The notes beneath the pieces were generated by a model. It had not been told where the DNA came from. It worked only from the letters and a program-made list of their open reading frames with translations, and searched no databases. Source: Azolla caroliniana (taxonomy: Eukaryota > Plantae > Polypodiophyta). From it: a DNA stretch of 64,000 nucleotides. Positions 38,510 through 51,225 of this stretch are shown piece by piece (within the stretch, counting starts at the first letter, position 1; each line of letters starts with the position of its first letter). The DNA lies in contig JBHGNT010000017.1 in the NCBI GenBank assembly GCA_043228905.1, positions 2,480,001 through 2,544,000 of the forward strand, written 5' to 3'. Made by a program: the position numbers and the translations under genes.

Positions 38510-39418
38510 CATGTCATTGGAATATTTCAAGCTTGTTACTCAGTTTCTGCAGTTGTCTATTAGGCAATACTTGGCTAATAGACATATAAATTGGTAGAAA
38601 CATATAATATCTACCAGAGAACACTCGACAATAATTAATTCCTTATTTACATAAAAGACAATGGGAGGGAGTCAACAAAGCAACAAACATAATAATTAAT
38701 CTTCCTTAAAATCTTGCATATTTTTTCCTCTTACTAGATGTTATAGAGTGATTTTGGAATAGTGACTTGGATACAAATGAAACAAAAACAACAAAAGTTG
38801 ATGTGGTAATGGCAATCCTATGAGTCAACATTAAAGGGAGTGAGATAGAGAATATTCTGTCATTCAATGCATATGATAAGTCAGTTGCATATTCTCTAAT
38901 TAAATGCATATGACATGTCGATTACATACTCCCATATTGCAAAAGGGAGTGGAAGCACTCAATGTAATTGCGGGCCTCATATTCAATGACAAGCGGTTGA
39001 AGGCACACCATTGCTGGTTTGAGTTGTTCCTTGACAATTGTTGTTCGTCTTCTACGAATTCATTCAAATCTATGGAATCAATTACCTTGTGAAGTCTTGG
39101 TCCCCGAGTTTCTACTCCATAGAAGAGATTCAATGTCACAAGGGTATCAAATAGCCACTATTTAGTTTAGGTTCTAGGAATAATATGCGTGCACATTGTC
39201 TCTCAAAGAGCACCAAAGGATGTATATCCACAAGAAAGTCGAGCACAAGCAACCTCCAACACAGAGAATATAGGTAGTGAGGATGTTTCTCCTAAGTATG
39301 TGCAAGATTGTGGGTATGTAACCTTTCCTCTCCAAAGAAGAATTTTGGTTCTGATCTTGTTACCCATGTTTGGGTGATGTTAAACACCATCATGTTAGTT
39401 TCATTAGGATATTGACAA
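38510..39418. repeat. Composite repeat, copy C
   Basis: Same orientation as 23384-25420. It has the same two deletions as copy B plus one extra. Confidence 0.9.
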
Positions 39419-39419
39419 C

Positions 39420-40140
39420 TTCCAAAGCATTGGTCGTATGATTGTCCCATTGACCTCCAACCAAGAAAAGAGCCATCGTGGGGTTGGATCTACAATCTAT
39501 CACCAAATGAGCTTGAGGTTCTTCAAGAATACATCGAGGAGAATCTTGCATATGGATTTATTTGACATTCAAAGTCTCCAGTTGGTGCTCATATATTTTT
39601 TGTGAAGAAATAGGATGGCTCGCTTCGTTTGGTCATGGACTATTAAGGATTAAATAAAGTCACCATAAGAAATAGGTATGCAATATCTTTAATCTCCAAT
39701 CTTTTAGAGCGCATTGGTGGGGCAAAGCATTTTACAAAAACCGATTTAAGGGGCGCATATAATCTTGTTCAAATTCGACCGAGTGATGAGTGGAAAACCG
39801 CATTTCGCACTCGGTATGGTCACTTCAAGTATACAATCATGCCTTTTGGGTTCACCAATGCACCTGCAGTTTTTCAACCTATGACAAATGACATTTTTCG
39901 GGATTTTTTGGATATCTTTCTCATAATCTATTTAGATAATATGTTGATTTACTATAAAACACAATAGGAGCATGACATACATGTCCAAAAAGTACTTGAA
40001 CGCTTAAGAAAGTATTAGTCTTTATGCCAAACTTGAGAAGTTCAGTTTTGATAGCAAACAAGTAGAATTCTTGGATTATACTATTTCATCTAAGGGTATC
40101 TTTATGGATCCAACAAAAGTCAAAACAATATTGAAATGAT
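39420..40140 (+). mobile_element. Decayed Ty3/Gypsy RT (chromovirus/Tcn1-like)
   Basis: [35 protein letters not shown]...[49 protein letters not shown]...IIYLDNML. The lineage assignment is from memory of motif style only. Confidence 0.88.
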
Positions 40141-40460
40141 AAAAGTTACTTTTTATAATATCTTGATTATTATGAAAACTCTAGAACATTCTAGAATATC
40201 CTAGAACATCTTAGAATATTCTAGGTCTAGAACATTATAGAAATCTCTAGGCTATTCTATGGGAACCTATAAATATAGACATACAAGTCTTCTTAAACCA
40301 ATTTGAATAAACAACAATCTTAAGCTCTCATTGCCTATCTTGTATCCATTCTCTTTTTATCTTAATACACCCATTCTTCTCTTATCATTTCATTCCTTTC
40401 TTCTTGTGTTCTCTTATATCAAATTTCCATCACTCTTATCTTTTATTATCGGTCCCGACA
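40141..40460 (+). mobile_element. LTR-like fragment
   Basis: CTAGAA repeats, TATA box CTATAAATA at ~40267, a CT-rich tract, and an end at ...GGTCCCGACA. It abuts the Gypsy RT remnant. Confidence 0.55.
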
Positions 40461-41623
40461 GAAACTTATGAATTAAAAACATTAAAACTTCAAACTCAAC
40501 GAGTTACATCGGGCTTAAAACTTAGACCTTAAAACAATAAATCAACTTAATACTTAATACTTCAAAAAATACACAAACTGAAAACTTAACTATTAACAAT
40601 TTCCCCAACACAAAATGTTATGTACATCAAAGATTGACAAAACCAAAGTTCTAAACAAACATGACGAAAACTAATGCCATGATTATGGCTCATGTGGTTT
40701 GTTTAAAATGTGGAGTTGATTGCCCAATAGTTGTTTATTGACAATCACTCACACATTTCTAACATCCATTGAGCTTGAAGCATTGATATAAATGGTTGCA
40801 TGGATGAAGATATGCATTCACTGGGCAAGTAAGGTTGGACATGAGCCACCTTCCCAACATCTTGGAGTGCATAGGCATCTTGCCTCATCAAAGACCAATC
40901 AACTTCTAACATGTCACTCCCGATTTTTAACATATTTTCCATGTTATGGACCTCCTTTGGTATTATAAAGAACCTATAGCTAACAAGTTCCAATGGACTA
41001 GCCTTGGACTTATAATATGCTTCCTTATGCATGCTCATCCATGCCACATGCCTTGCACACCCAACATCAAATAAGTCATCTTTGCAACAACTTATGACAT
41101 TTGGGTGCGTCGGCAAATGGTACACATCCAATCTACTACCTGATACATGACCACTATGAGTTCCATATATTGAAATGGTCATCGTCGGACAATGAGGTGA
41201 TAAAATCAAGGTCATGGGGATTCATCCTAGCTTGATAGTAGGCTATGCTTATTTTCTGATAAAGATGTGATTAATTGGAGTGTAAAATGTCAATATCTTG
41301 TGTTCACAATGTGATTAGTCACTGATCAAAACGAGAGCGAGTGATTGTATAACTCTGTGATTACAACGAGTAATCCCAAGCTAGAGTCACAGGTTAATAG
41401 GACTGTTAATTTTGCTGTCGACGATCGCGATTGGGCGACCTCATGATTAAGTTGGGCGACCTGATTATTAAGTTCTCCCAACTTAAAAATGAGGTAGCCC
41501 AACTTAATCACAAGTCAGTCATTATCTGGTACAAGACAGCATATACATATATACTATATATATATATATAGTAGGAACTTAGCAGTAGTGATTTCTTAGA
41601 AGTTCCTCAGGTTCCTTCTTTAG

Positions 41624-44600
41624 ATGCTGTGGTTGCGGCTGCTGCAGCCAAATCCTTCCGTGGAGAGTCTTGGGCTGGCTTCCCTCTGCAGCAGCAGGGG
41701 AAGCTCAAGTTATAGCTATATCGGGCAGTTATGGAAGAAGCTGCTCCCGTTTGCCCCCAGTGGCTCCACCATTGCAAGCCACCTGCGGCATCACAGTGGT
41801 ACCACCATTGGGATCCAACTCCCGGCAGAATCTGGAAGCATAGCTCCTGCTCATCTACCATCCCACAGGGTATCCTCCACCACCCACGAATGCTCCTCGT
41901 GGAATTCACTCATCATAGGTTATCATAAGCTGGGTCAATCGAGACATGTTCTTTCTGTGTACCACGAGATGCAGGAGGATGGCTCTGCTCAGCTTTCTGG
42001 GTATGCCCTTGTGGCATTGTTGAAAGCTTGCGCTTTGCTGAAAGACCTAGAGCAAGGCATGGAATTACATCACATATTATTGGAAAGAGGATTGGATAGA
42101 AGAAACATTTTCATCGATAGCTCCTTGGTAGATATGTATGCAAAATGTGGCGCCTTTGTGAAAGCAGAGCTACTGTTTCATGAGCTTCCTGAACATGATG
42201 TAGTGTTATGGAATACATTGATTTCTGGATATGCTGAACATGGGCGTACTAAGGATGCACTACGATGCTTTACAGAGATGCTGCACACAGGCATCTCTTG
42301 GAATGCAGTTACATTTATTTGTATCTTGAAAGCATGTGGAAATGTAGCAGACAATGTCAAGGGCAATCAAATACATGCGTACATCGTTAGAAAAGGATTA
42401 GAGCATGACTGCGAAGTTGGCAATGCCTTGGTGGATATGTATGCTAAATGCGGCATGCTCCTAACGGCAGAACGAGTGCTGCACAAGCTTCCCTTTCGAG
42501 ATGTAGTTTCTTGGAATACACTTTTGGCAAGATATGTCGAACAAGGTTATGGGCGAAAGACTCTCGATCACTTTGAGAAGATGCAACAAGAAAGGATATC
42601 TTTGAATTCCATTACATCAGTTTGCATCTTGAAAGCTTGCAGCAGTGAAGGGGATATCATTAGTGGCCATGCAATACATGCTGAGATTACTAAAAAGGGT
42701 TTTGAAGGAAATCTTCTCGTTTGTAGCACCTTGATTGACATGTATTCCAAATTTGGCTTACTCAGAACAGCAAGAGGATTGTTTGATAAACTTAAGGTTC
42801 GAGATATTGTGTCATGGACTACACTATTGTCAGGATATGCTGAATATGGCTATAGCAAGGAGGCTTTAGAATGTCTCAAACAGATGCAGAACGAGGGCAT
42901 CTTTCTTAATGAAATTACCTTTGTATGGATCTTGAAAGCATGTTGCAACTCGAGAGATGCAATAATGGGCCAAGAAAGTCATGCCAACATCACTAAAATG
43001 GGCCTGGAAAGAGAAGTTTTGATTGGAAACACTCTCGTTGATCTCTATGCCAAATGTGGCTTATTTGACATGGCACAGGAAACATTTCATAATCTGCCAT
43101 CTCAAGACACAGTGACTTGGAATGCACTAATCTCAGGATATGCAGAACATGGATACAGTGACCAAGCACTCAGGTGTCATGAAAAAGCACTCCATGAAGG
43201 TGTTTACATGAATGCCATCACTTATTTTTCTGTGCTAAAATCCTGTGCTAACTTGGAAGCCATTGCAAAGGGCAAAGAAATACATGCTGAAATTGCTACA
43301 AAGGGATTAGAAATAGAAAAGTTTACTGCGAACATGCTGATTAATATGTATGCAAAATGTGGGTTACTTGCAGAAGCACAACAGATCTTTGATACTCTTC
43401 CATGCCGTGATATTAACTCATGGAACATGGTTATCGAAGGTTATGGTAATCATGCCTATTATAAAGAGGCACTTGATTGTTTTGTACATATGCATAATGA
43501 GGGCTGCTCACCAAATACATGTACACTTATTTATAGTCTGAGAAATTCCATTCGTATGGGGTGTGTTAACAAGGGAAAAGAAATACATTCGGATATCATT
43601 AAAATGGGATTAGAAGGGGAGACTCTTGTTGCCAACACCTTAGTTGATATGTATGGCAAAAATGGACTTTCTGCAGCAGCATGGAAAGTTCATAACAGCC
43701 ATCCAATTCGTAATGTGGTTTCTTGGACTGCATTATTAGCAGGGTTTGTAGAACATAAACGTGGAGAAGATGCACTTCATTGTTTCGAAGCAATGCAACA
43801 TGATAGTGTATCGTCAAACGCTGTCACACTTGTTTGCCTGTTAAAAGCTTGTGGCATGACACAAGCAAGATCTAGTGGTCAAGAAATGCATGCAGAGGTT
43901 GCTCGAAAAGGACTTGAAAATGACCTTGTCATTGGAAATACCTTGGTTGATATGTATGCAAAATGTGGTTTGCTTGACACATCGCAGGACATGTTTGACA
44001 GGCTCCCCATCCATGACATCGTCTCTTGGAATGTGCTACTTTCTGGGTATGCAGACAATGCATGCGATGAAGAGGTCCTAATTTGCATAGAGCAGTTGCA
44101 GCATGAAGGCATCCATCCAAATACTGTGACTTATGTTAGCAGCCTAAAATCCTGTGGTAATATTGGTGCAGCTCTTAAGGGTCAAGAGTTGCATTCAGCA
44201 ATAGTCAAGAAAGGACTAGAAAGAGATCGTGTCATTGCCAATACTTTGATTGATATGTATGCAAAATGTGGCTTGCTTATAGAATCACAGAATGTGTTTG
44301 AAGTATTTCAAGATCGGGATCAGATCTCGTGGAACGCTCTGATTGCAGGATGTGCCCAGCTGGGGGAAATTGAAAAAGTTTTCTTTTTATTTAATATCAT
44401 GCGGGAAGATGTCGAGCCAAATCTAGTGACGTTTCTCAGCATTCTGAACACATGTAGTCATGCAGGTCTAGTAGATATTGGCCAAATATTCTTTGGAGCG
44501 ATCAGCAATTTGTATGGTTTTGTTCAAACGCTGGAGCATTTCACTTGCATGATTGATCTCCTTGGACGTGCGGGTCATATAGATAAAGCATTAGCAATGA

Positions 44601-44797
44601 TCAGGCGGATGCCATTGCATCCTGGTATTGTGTCATGGCATGCTGTTTTAGGAGCCTGCCGGAAATGGGGCACTATAGAGCTCGGAATAGATGCCTTCCA
44701 TCATGCAATGGGAGTGGATGAGAATAGCACAGCTGCACATTTATGCATGATTAATATTTTTGCAGATACGACCACACAAAAGGAAATTAGAAGTTGA
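41624..44797 (+). CDS. PLS-class pentatricopeptide-repeat protein, 1057 aa, E1 + truncated E2, no DYW (organellar RNA-editing-factor type)
   Basis: A Ser-rich transit-like N-terminus precedes eight P1-L1-S1 triplets (VSWN..I.GY / ILKAC / LVDMYAKCG). Then come P2-L2-S2 (CSHAGLV, EHFTCMIDLLGRAG), E1 (WHAVLGACRKWG) and a partial E2 (AAHLCMINIFAD). The ORF is intronless. Confidence 0.95.
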   Translation: MLWLRLLQPNPSVESLGLASLCSSRGSSSYSYIGQLWKKLLPFAPSGSTIASHLRHHSGTTIGIQLPAESGSIAPAHLPSHRVSSTTHECSSWNSLIIGYHKLGQSRHVLSVYHEMQEDGSAQLSGYALVALLKACALLKDLEQGMELHHILLERGLDRRNIFIDSSLVDMYAKCGAFVKAELLFHELPEHDVVLWNTLISGYAEHGRTKDALRCFTEMLHTGISWNAVTFICILKACGNVADNVKGNQIHAYIVRKGLEHDCEVGNALVDMYAKCGMLLTAERVLHKLPFRDVVSWNTLLARYVEQGYGRKTLDHFEKMQQERISLNSITSVCILKACSSEGDIISGHAIHAEITKKGFEGNLLVCSTLIDMYSKFGLLRTARGLFDKLKVRDIVSWTTLLSGYAEYGYSKEALECLKQMQNEGIFLNEITFVWILKACCNSRDAIMGQESHANITKMGLEREVLIGNTLVDLYAKCGLFDMAQETFHNLPSQDTVTWNALISGYAEHGYSDQALRCHEKALHEGVYMNAITYFSVLKSCANLEAIAKGKEIHAEIATKGLEIEKFTANMLINMYAKCGLLAEAQQIFDTLPCRDINSWNMVIEGYGNHAYYKEALDCFVHMHNEGCSPNTCTLIYSLRNSIRMGCVNKGKEIHSDIIKMGLEGETLVANTLVDMYGKNGLSAAAWKVHNSHPIRNVVSWTALLAGFVEHKRGEDALHCFEAMQHDSVSSNAVTLVCLLKACGMTQARSSGQEMHAEVARKGLENDLVIGNTLVDMYAKCGLLDTSQDMFDRLPIHDIVSWNVLLSGYADNACDEEVLICIEQLQHEGIHPNTVTYVSSLKSCGNIGAALKGQELHSAIVKKGLERDRVIANTLIDMYAKCGLLIESQNVFEVFQDRDQISWNALIAGCAQLGEIEKVFFLFNIMREDVEPNLVTFLSILNTCSHAGLVDIGQIFFGAISNLYGFVQTLEHFTCMIDLLGRAGHIDKALAMIRRMPLHPGIVSWHAVLGACRKWGTIELGIDAFHHAMGVDENSTAAHLCMINIFADTTTQKEIRS

Positions 44798-46029
44798 GCA
44801 TTAGGGAGCCGTTACCTATTCTGGTCATTATGACAACTGTAATGGTACACATTTCAAGATGGACCAAAATGGTGATTCTCTATGCTGATGAGAGGAAGCC
44901 AAACAAAGGAAGGAGATGGAAATGGGAGCCCGAGATAGAAAGGTGCAAATGACAAATCCTTGTGACTATGACTGGGTATTGGATGTGCTTGCCACACTCA
45001 TGAGCTGGTAAGTTAAATGTTAATAAACCTTTTGTCATTCTTTGGTAACACAACATTGAGAAATTTGAGATAATTTTATGTGCAGACTTATGATCTAGCT
45101 TCATGGAAGGTGGACAGATGACGACAATGGCAGAACTGCTAGTTTGAAGAGCGCTCTGGATTAATTATCCAGAGGAATTCTATCCCTGGGTCAAGATTCT
45201 TGTCATAAATTAGGTAAGCACACTTTACATAATTGTTTTGCAAAAGCTTATTGTAGAATAATTATACCCTCGATTCATTTTTTAGAAGGGCAAAAGGTGA
45301 AGCTGCCCCTCTTATACTAAGCTCAAAGAATAATATAGTTTTTATTTGCAATTTAATGATAAAAAATGTATTATTTCAAAGGAAAATGACTCCAAAATTA
45401 CTATGAACAACTTGGTTAGATTTGTTTGATTACCAATACAAGTTTTATATGTCTGATTGGTTAATTATTGGTCTTTGAAAAGCCTGCTCAATGTGAGCAA
45501 CTGTAACATAGTTAGTTTGCTTAATGAACTTGAACTACACATTATCAATTTGGTTAAATCATTATCTAATTACTTTCAATAACACCACTAAATTCCAAAC
45601 TCCTAAAAGGAGAAGAAAACACCGCCAGAAAATACACACAATCATTAAGAAACATAAGACTGATAAAGAAGTATGTAGACGAAGATGTTTACCTGATTTA
45701 ACTAAAGATGTTTACCTGCTTTAACTACGAAACATATTCATTTTCTTTTTGGTTATCGCATATTAATCAGATTCAATATTGCCACAGATGCAGCGAACCT
45801 TTGGCATCTGGGCTCGAATTGTAGAACCTGTATCCTTGGAGCAATCTTTTTCCAGATTAATGCAGTCATTTTCCATACTGTATGTTTATTTTCTTTCAGT
45901 AAGGGGAATTCACGGGACATACCCAGTGGTGAGATTTCTTGCAACAGTTGATAGCAAGTGTGAGCTCATTCTTGTAGCTTAACAGCACGCACTCAGGAAG
46001 GGTTTGAGAATTAAGAAATCCTCCGTTGG

Positions 46030-46985
46030 GCAGACTGACTTGATACTATACGAGTAGTTTCGGTAGTTCACAATGTGGTGCTGGCCTCTCTATTAATGGA
46101 TGTAGTGTATACACTTCATCGCCTATACCTTAAGGTCTACGTGGACCATCCACCAACACACCAGCAAGATGTAGTGAAAAGGTTGCAGAAATTGTTTATG
46201 GATTGTATATACCTGGAGAACATGGAATTATAGAATTTCTTGTTCCCCAGAGGGTTAGATTCTATGCTTTTGGCAGACTGACTTGATACAATACAGGTAG
46301 TTCTGATTGATCGCAATGTGGCATTCTGTCAATGGGTGTAGTGTTTGCACTTCATTGACTATACCTGAACCACCATCTTTTAATCTCCCAAATCAACAAT
46401 ATGCAGTCAATAGGTTGCATAAATTGTTGTCTGGATTTTAGATACCTGGGGAGCGTGGTGTTGTAGAATATCCAATTCTCCAAGAGTGTTAGATTCCATG
46501 CTCTGTTTGTGTAAACAACCATGCCACAGTTGTAATATCCAGATAGGAAACAAGTACTGGATTCAGATAAAATTGAGTTAAGAGTAGGAGTGTTTAATTC
46601 GTTTCCATGAGAATTATGAAAATGTCCTTTATGCTTAGTTGCATTGCTCAAGCATATCACACATGTATTGGCTACTCAACAAGTTTGAGTTTGAACCCAT
46701 GATCACAAACCATATGAAAGTGTCCATTTCAATTTCATGAATATCACGAGGGTTCTTTCGTTTAATCATTTGGAGCATACAGAAGATGTCTACATAGATT
46801 ATCACCATATGAGAAGGTTCATTTCAATTTCATGATTAGAACAAGGTTTTTTTCTTTGATCACCTAGATTACCCATAGAAGATGTCTATACAGATAATCA
46901 CTGAATGTAAATGTCCATTTCAATCTCATAAATAGGACAAGGTTTCTTTATTTTGATCATCCCAATCACCATAGAAGATGTCTGC
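46030..46985. repeat. Two diverged local tandem repeat sets (~242-bp x2 and ~100-bp x3)
   Basis: ggcagactgacttgatac starts at 46030 and 46272. The (tc)catttcaat...agaagatgtct block occurs three times between ~46720 and 46985. Confidence 0.7.
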
Positions 46986-47942
46986 TTTCTTTTGATGATC
47001 TCAAGGTGAGTGATTAATGGAATGAGATTTTTGTACATTCATGATTATTGTCATGACATTGAGGAGCCAGATGGCAGAAACATACATGTGAATGTAATGA
47101 TACTATTTGTATTGGGCCAGGCCAACTTCAATGGGAGGTGTAAAGTCACTAAATGTGGTCACAAGGAACAACCATTCACGTAATTGATGCATTATTGGGT
47201 CATCAATGTGGTTACAAACTTACGAGTGACACATGACCAACCACATAATCAATGCACTGTTAGTATTGACATGTATAGCAAAATGACTAGATTGTATTGG
47301 ACCAAAGTTAAGTTTAATTGTGGGGAGTGTGTAGTGTCACTTGAACATCAAACATTGGTAGGGTTACAAGAAGTCACAATCGACAAGTAATCCAATTAAC
47401 TCTAAATAAGTAACTTAAAACATGAAAGCTTTTTTGCCTAATAATTCTGAGACCACACATTTTAATTTTAATCATTGTTCATATTAATTTTAGTTTACCT
47501 AAGATTGTGCGTAGAATGCAAGAGTGTGTTGCCTACTCATTAATTAACAATCAAAATTTAAAGGTAATTTCTCCACATGGGAATGTGAAGAATATGGGCA
47601 TACAACTTTCACTAATGGCACACTCAAACTAGCCTATCACCAGAAGAATCCAAGATTAAGACATCATGAAATACGGGTACATTAGGCACAATGAAATATC
47701 AATGACTGTTTAATCTCTCAATCTTCTCACCAATTATGCTTATAAACACACGAGAAGAGCATATTTTAAAATTACAAATGTCATTACTAATTTACAAGTA
47801 ACATTGACGAGAAGGATTAACCACAAATATTACAAACCCATGTGGCATCATTGACTATATGCAAGGATAAAGATTTTTGGAACAAAATTCTGGAGACTAG
47901 TGTTCAAAATATTACTAATGCACTATGAATCATTTGTAACAG

Positions 47943-50900
47943 TCATTTTAAAGATGTTCCATTGCTTGTTGGATATCTTTCCATAACCTGATTAGATGGT
48001 ACTTCCAGTGAAATGCTTGCATCTGCATTCATCCTGTCACGAATTTCTCTATACTCTTGGCACAATGCACACTGGTGGCAGCATAAATGGGTTACAAGGT
48101 CACCACAAGGAGCATCCTGCAATTAAATGTGCACATTAAGAAACTACTACTTAACCAGTCAAATCAAATACTTTTAAATAGCACAGATGACTAGGTTTCC
48201 TACCAGATTTATTTAGCCACTTCTAGGGAACTAGCATCATATATCCCTTGGTAAGATCTTGTACATTGACAAGCTGTAGAATTTCCGATCATTTATAATG
48301 TGGGCTTTAGGGACCTGAAATTTCCATTGATTGATTGGCCACCAGATTTATCCAGCACTTCTAGGGAACTAGTGACATATATCCCTTGGTCGTTCATAAG
48401 ATCTTGTACAGTAACAAACTGTCTTCCTCCCATCTATAATGATGTGGGCTTTAGGGAGGCAAAGTTCCATTGATTGTTATGCTAAGAGAAGTGAAGTTTG
48501 AATAACTGGTCTTTAGTACTTCAAGCCCAATAGATGTACTTTATGGACTTTATAAGGATCAAGTGTGTTAGGACAAGGGTCATATATCTATGGCTTCTGG
48601 AGGGTGCGTGCTGTCCAGCTATGTGGCACTCACCTATGCTAGGTAGGTAGTCAAACTAAGTGGCCGTACAAGTTGAGAGGGAGAGCCATTGTATTACAAC
48701 GAACTAATATGTAGAATGCATATTATAATCTTGGAGGTGGGTTCCTTATGATGCATGAAAAACTGTGGCAGTAAGGCCTAAATAAAAGACTTATGCTCAC
48801 AATTTTGTGGAATTGATGCCACATCAAAAGCAGTGGAAAGTTTTTTATATTGGCCAGACTTACAATGAGATGTTCAAACACTCTTAAGAACAAGCATAAT
48901 TTGCCAAACAGTTAAATTTAGAGGAAAAAAGTCACTGTAAGATCATTACGAATACATGAAAATCATCTCGTATAGCAGACAAAGCCTTTGTATATAGAAC
49001 TATTTCAGCACAAATTTTATTACAGAACATACCTCCAAGTTATATTTGGACCGCAGCATCTTCCGGTAGCCACAAGCATAACAGGGGACACAAGAGCCAA
49101 GTAGACCCAGAAACGTTCCATGTGTCATGCTACATCCAATTCCTGCAGCAATTCCCCAGAGCAGCACGTGCATAATACAAGGACCTGTCCACGGTCTTCC
49201 TTCTAGGACTTCCACATTTCTGCCAAATAATACACAAGGACACCAAAGACCCATGCAACCTGTACTATCACCAATAAAAAAAGTAAATTTCTCTCTCTAA
49301 AATACACTTCATCTATGCTCAGATATGCTGAAATGGACAGGATGGCTAAAACACGCAACAGCACAAAGTATTCCTTGAGATTGCAAAGATACTTGAATCA
49401 GGACACTATAAAAAGAGGGAAAAGAAATCAGTTGACAGACAATAGTATGATTATGGTGAGATATTGTATAGCTAGACTTCGAGGCAGTAAGTGCTGAGCA
49501 TCAACTCTGCAAATAGGCAATGGAGCAAGCAGGCTTCCGACCAAAATAAACATTGTGGATTTCAAGCCAGCAGACTTCCGAAGGATAAAATTATGAGAAA
49601 AAATGGAAAAACTTGGAGTATTAACATGCAGGAAAATAATGGTGGCCAGGTTTAAGATGAACGATGAAGATAACCAAAGACTTTTCCAGAGAGTTCACAA
49701 GCACCATGGAAATGAAACAGGTATTGAACCTTTCATAGTGTTGATTCTGATTTATGTAGACTGTTGAGCTTTTGGCATATTCTAAGCTGAGAATGAAAAA
49801 GTTTCTAGATAAGGTCCATGATTTATATGAACATAGTGGCGTAGCAGACAATGTCTCCAAGACCAGAGCCATGGTGCTAAGCACTGTCAAGTTTGAAAGT
49901 CAGTGATCATCGGTGTACTATAAAGGAGGCAATTGAAATGGTCCATGGTTTCAAATATATCAGTATTGACATACCTAGTCAACACACTTGACATATGTTT
50001 CTAACTACGAAAATGTTTCTAACTATGAATTTGAGAACATATGCCAATTTAGCACACTCCAAAGATGGGAGGTAAGAGGGATAGTTTTTTATGCATGTAT
50101 GGTGTGAACTCTCCTTTAGGAAATCCGATTTGGAGAGGCAGTAGATACAGAGGAAATTTTTATTCACCCTTTAGGGATTAAGAGGAAAGCCATGTACTCC
50201 GTATTGCTTCTCCCAGAAACTCAAATATAGAAAGCAAGGACAATGCCACATGATCGCCTCCCCATGGCCACATGGGAATCAATGCTTACCACAGGGAAAC
50301 TATGACAGCAAGTGCCTTTAGTCCAGCTGGGCCCAAATCATCCAAAAAGAAAGTGGTATGTTCAAGATTATCTGAATGTGCACATAAGAGGAAAAGAAAG
50401 GGAGAAGAGAACAGGGGTTCATGTTTTACTCCACCACGTTGAGAAACCATCAACACAAAATGAGGAACAGCCCAAATTAGATCTAAGTTGGAGTAAAATT
50501 GCCACCTCGTTAATAGTTAATATCAGGAAATTTAACAACTAGAGGAAGATATGTGCACACATTGAAAATCGCAACTGGGGATTGGCTGAATATTGAACTG
50601 AAATAGAGAATACATTACATGTTTCCTCAGCATGCCAGAAACAGAATTCCAACAATGTTGTACAAGCTTCTGAGGACTCCTAACAAGTACAGAACTATCA
50701 ACAACGATAGGAGGCTTCTAATCAACCAAAGAATAAATTTCATGGAAGATCCAAATACTGAAATTAAGAAACAAGCTTAGTTTTTCATTTCGGTTTTCTC
50801 TTAGTTTTCTATTTTTCTACCATTTTAAGTTCCAACACATACACGGCTGGAGAGGGCTGCTGTGTGACAATTATTGTTCACATGGGTCACGAGCTAAACC

Positions 50901-51225
50901 TATAAAACGGTCTGTCCGTTCCCACCCTTTTCAAACAGAATAAGGGATTTATTTCTAAACAATACCATGCGAATATAAAGAAATCAACACAATAGAATAA
51001 GCAATAACTATGTTTGCACACAACAGGAGATCGCATGGACTTACAGCTTCGCATGTCATCGAAACAGGCACAGACGCCAGAGCCCCATCTCTGAGGGGTA
51101 CGATGCAACGAAAGAAGATGATCATCCCGCCTCTGATCTGTATCTGTGGGGGAAGACAAGGGAGCATAGTCATCATCTTCGAAATCAAACTGATACCCAA
51201 TGTGGTCAGATCGTGCGGTAGCCAT
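47943..51225 (-). CDS. PLAC8-family (PCR / Cell Number Regulator-like) protein, 3 exons, 193 aa
   Basis: Exons 51225-51045, 49259-49033 and 48116-47943 (582 nt, GT-AG, consistent phases). Motifs [67 protein letters not shown]. Confidence 0.93.
48203..48476. repeat. Imperfect ~139-bp tandem duplication in PLAC8 intron 2
   Basis: ccagattta...cacttctagggaactag...tgtgggctttaggga...ttccattgattg occurs twice. Confidence 0.8.

Noticed and set aside
36023-39377. Apparently conserved paralogous small ORFs (e.g. MHLIREYATDLSYALND...)
   Set aside because: Their similarity follows from the DNA-level inverted repeat of TE-derived sequence, with no coding evidence.
40745-41215. 156-aa minus-strand ORF
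   Set aside because: No recognisable domain, and the CpG-depleted context suggests a decayed TE fragment.
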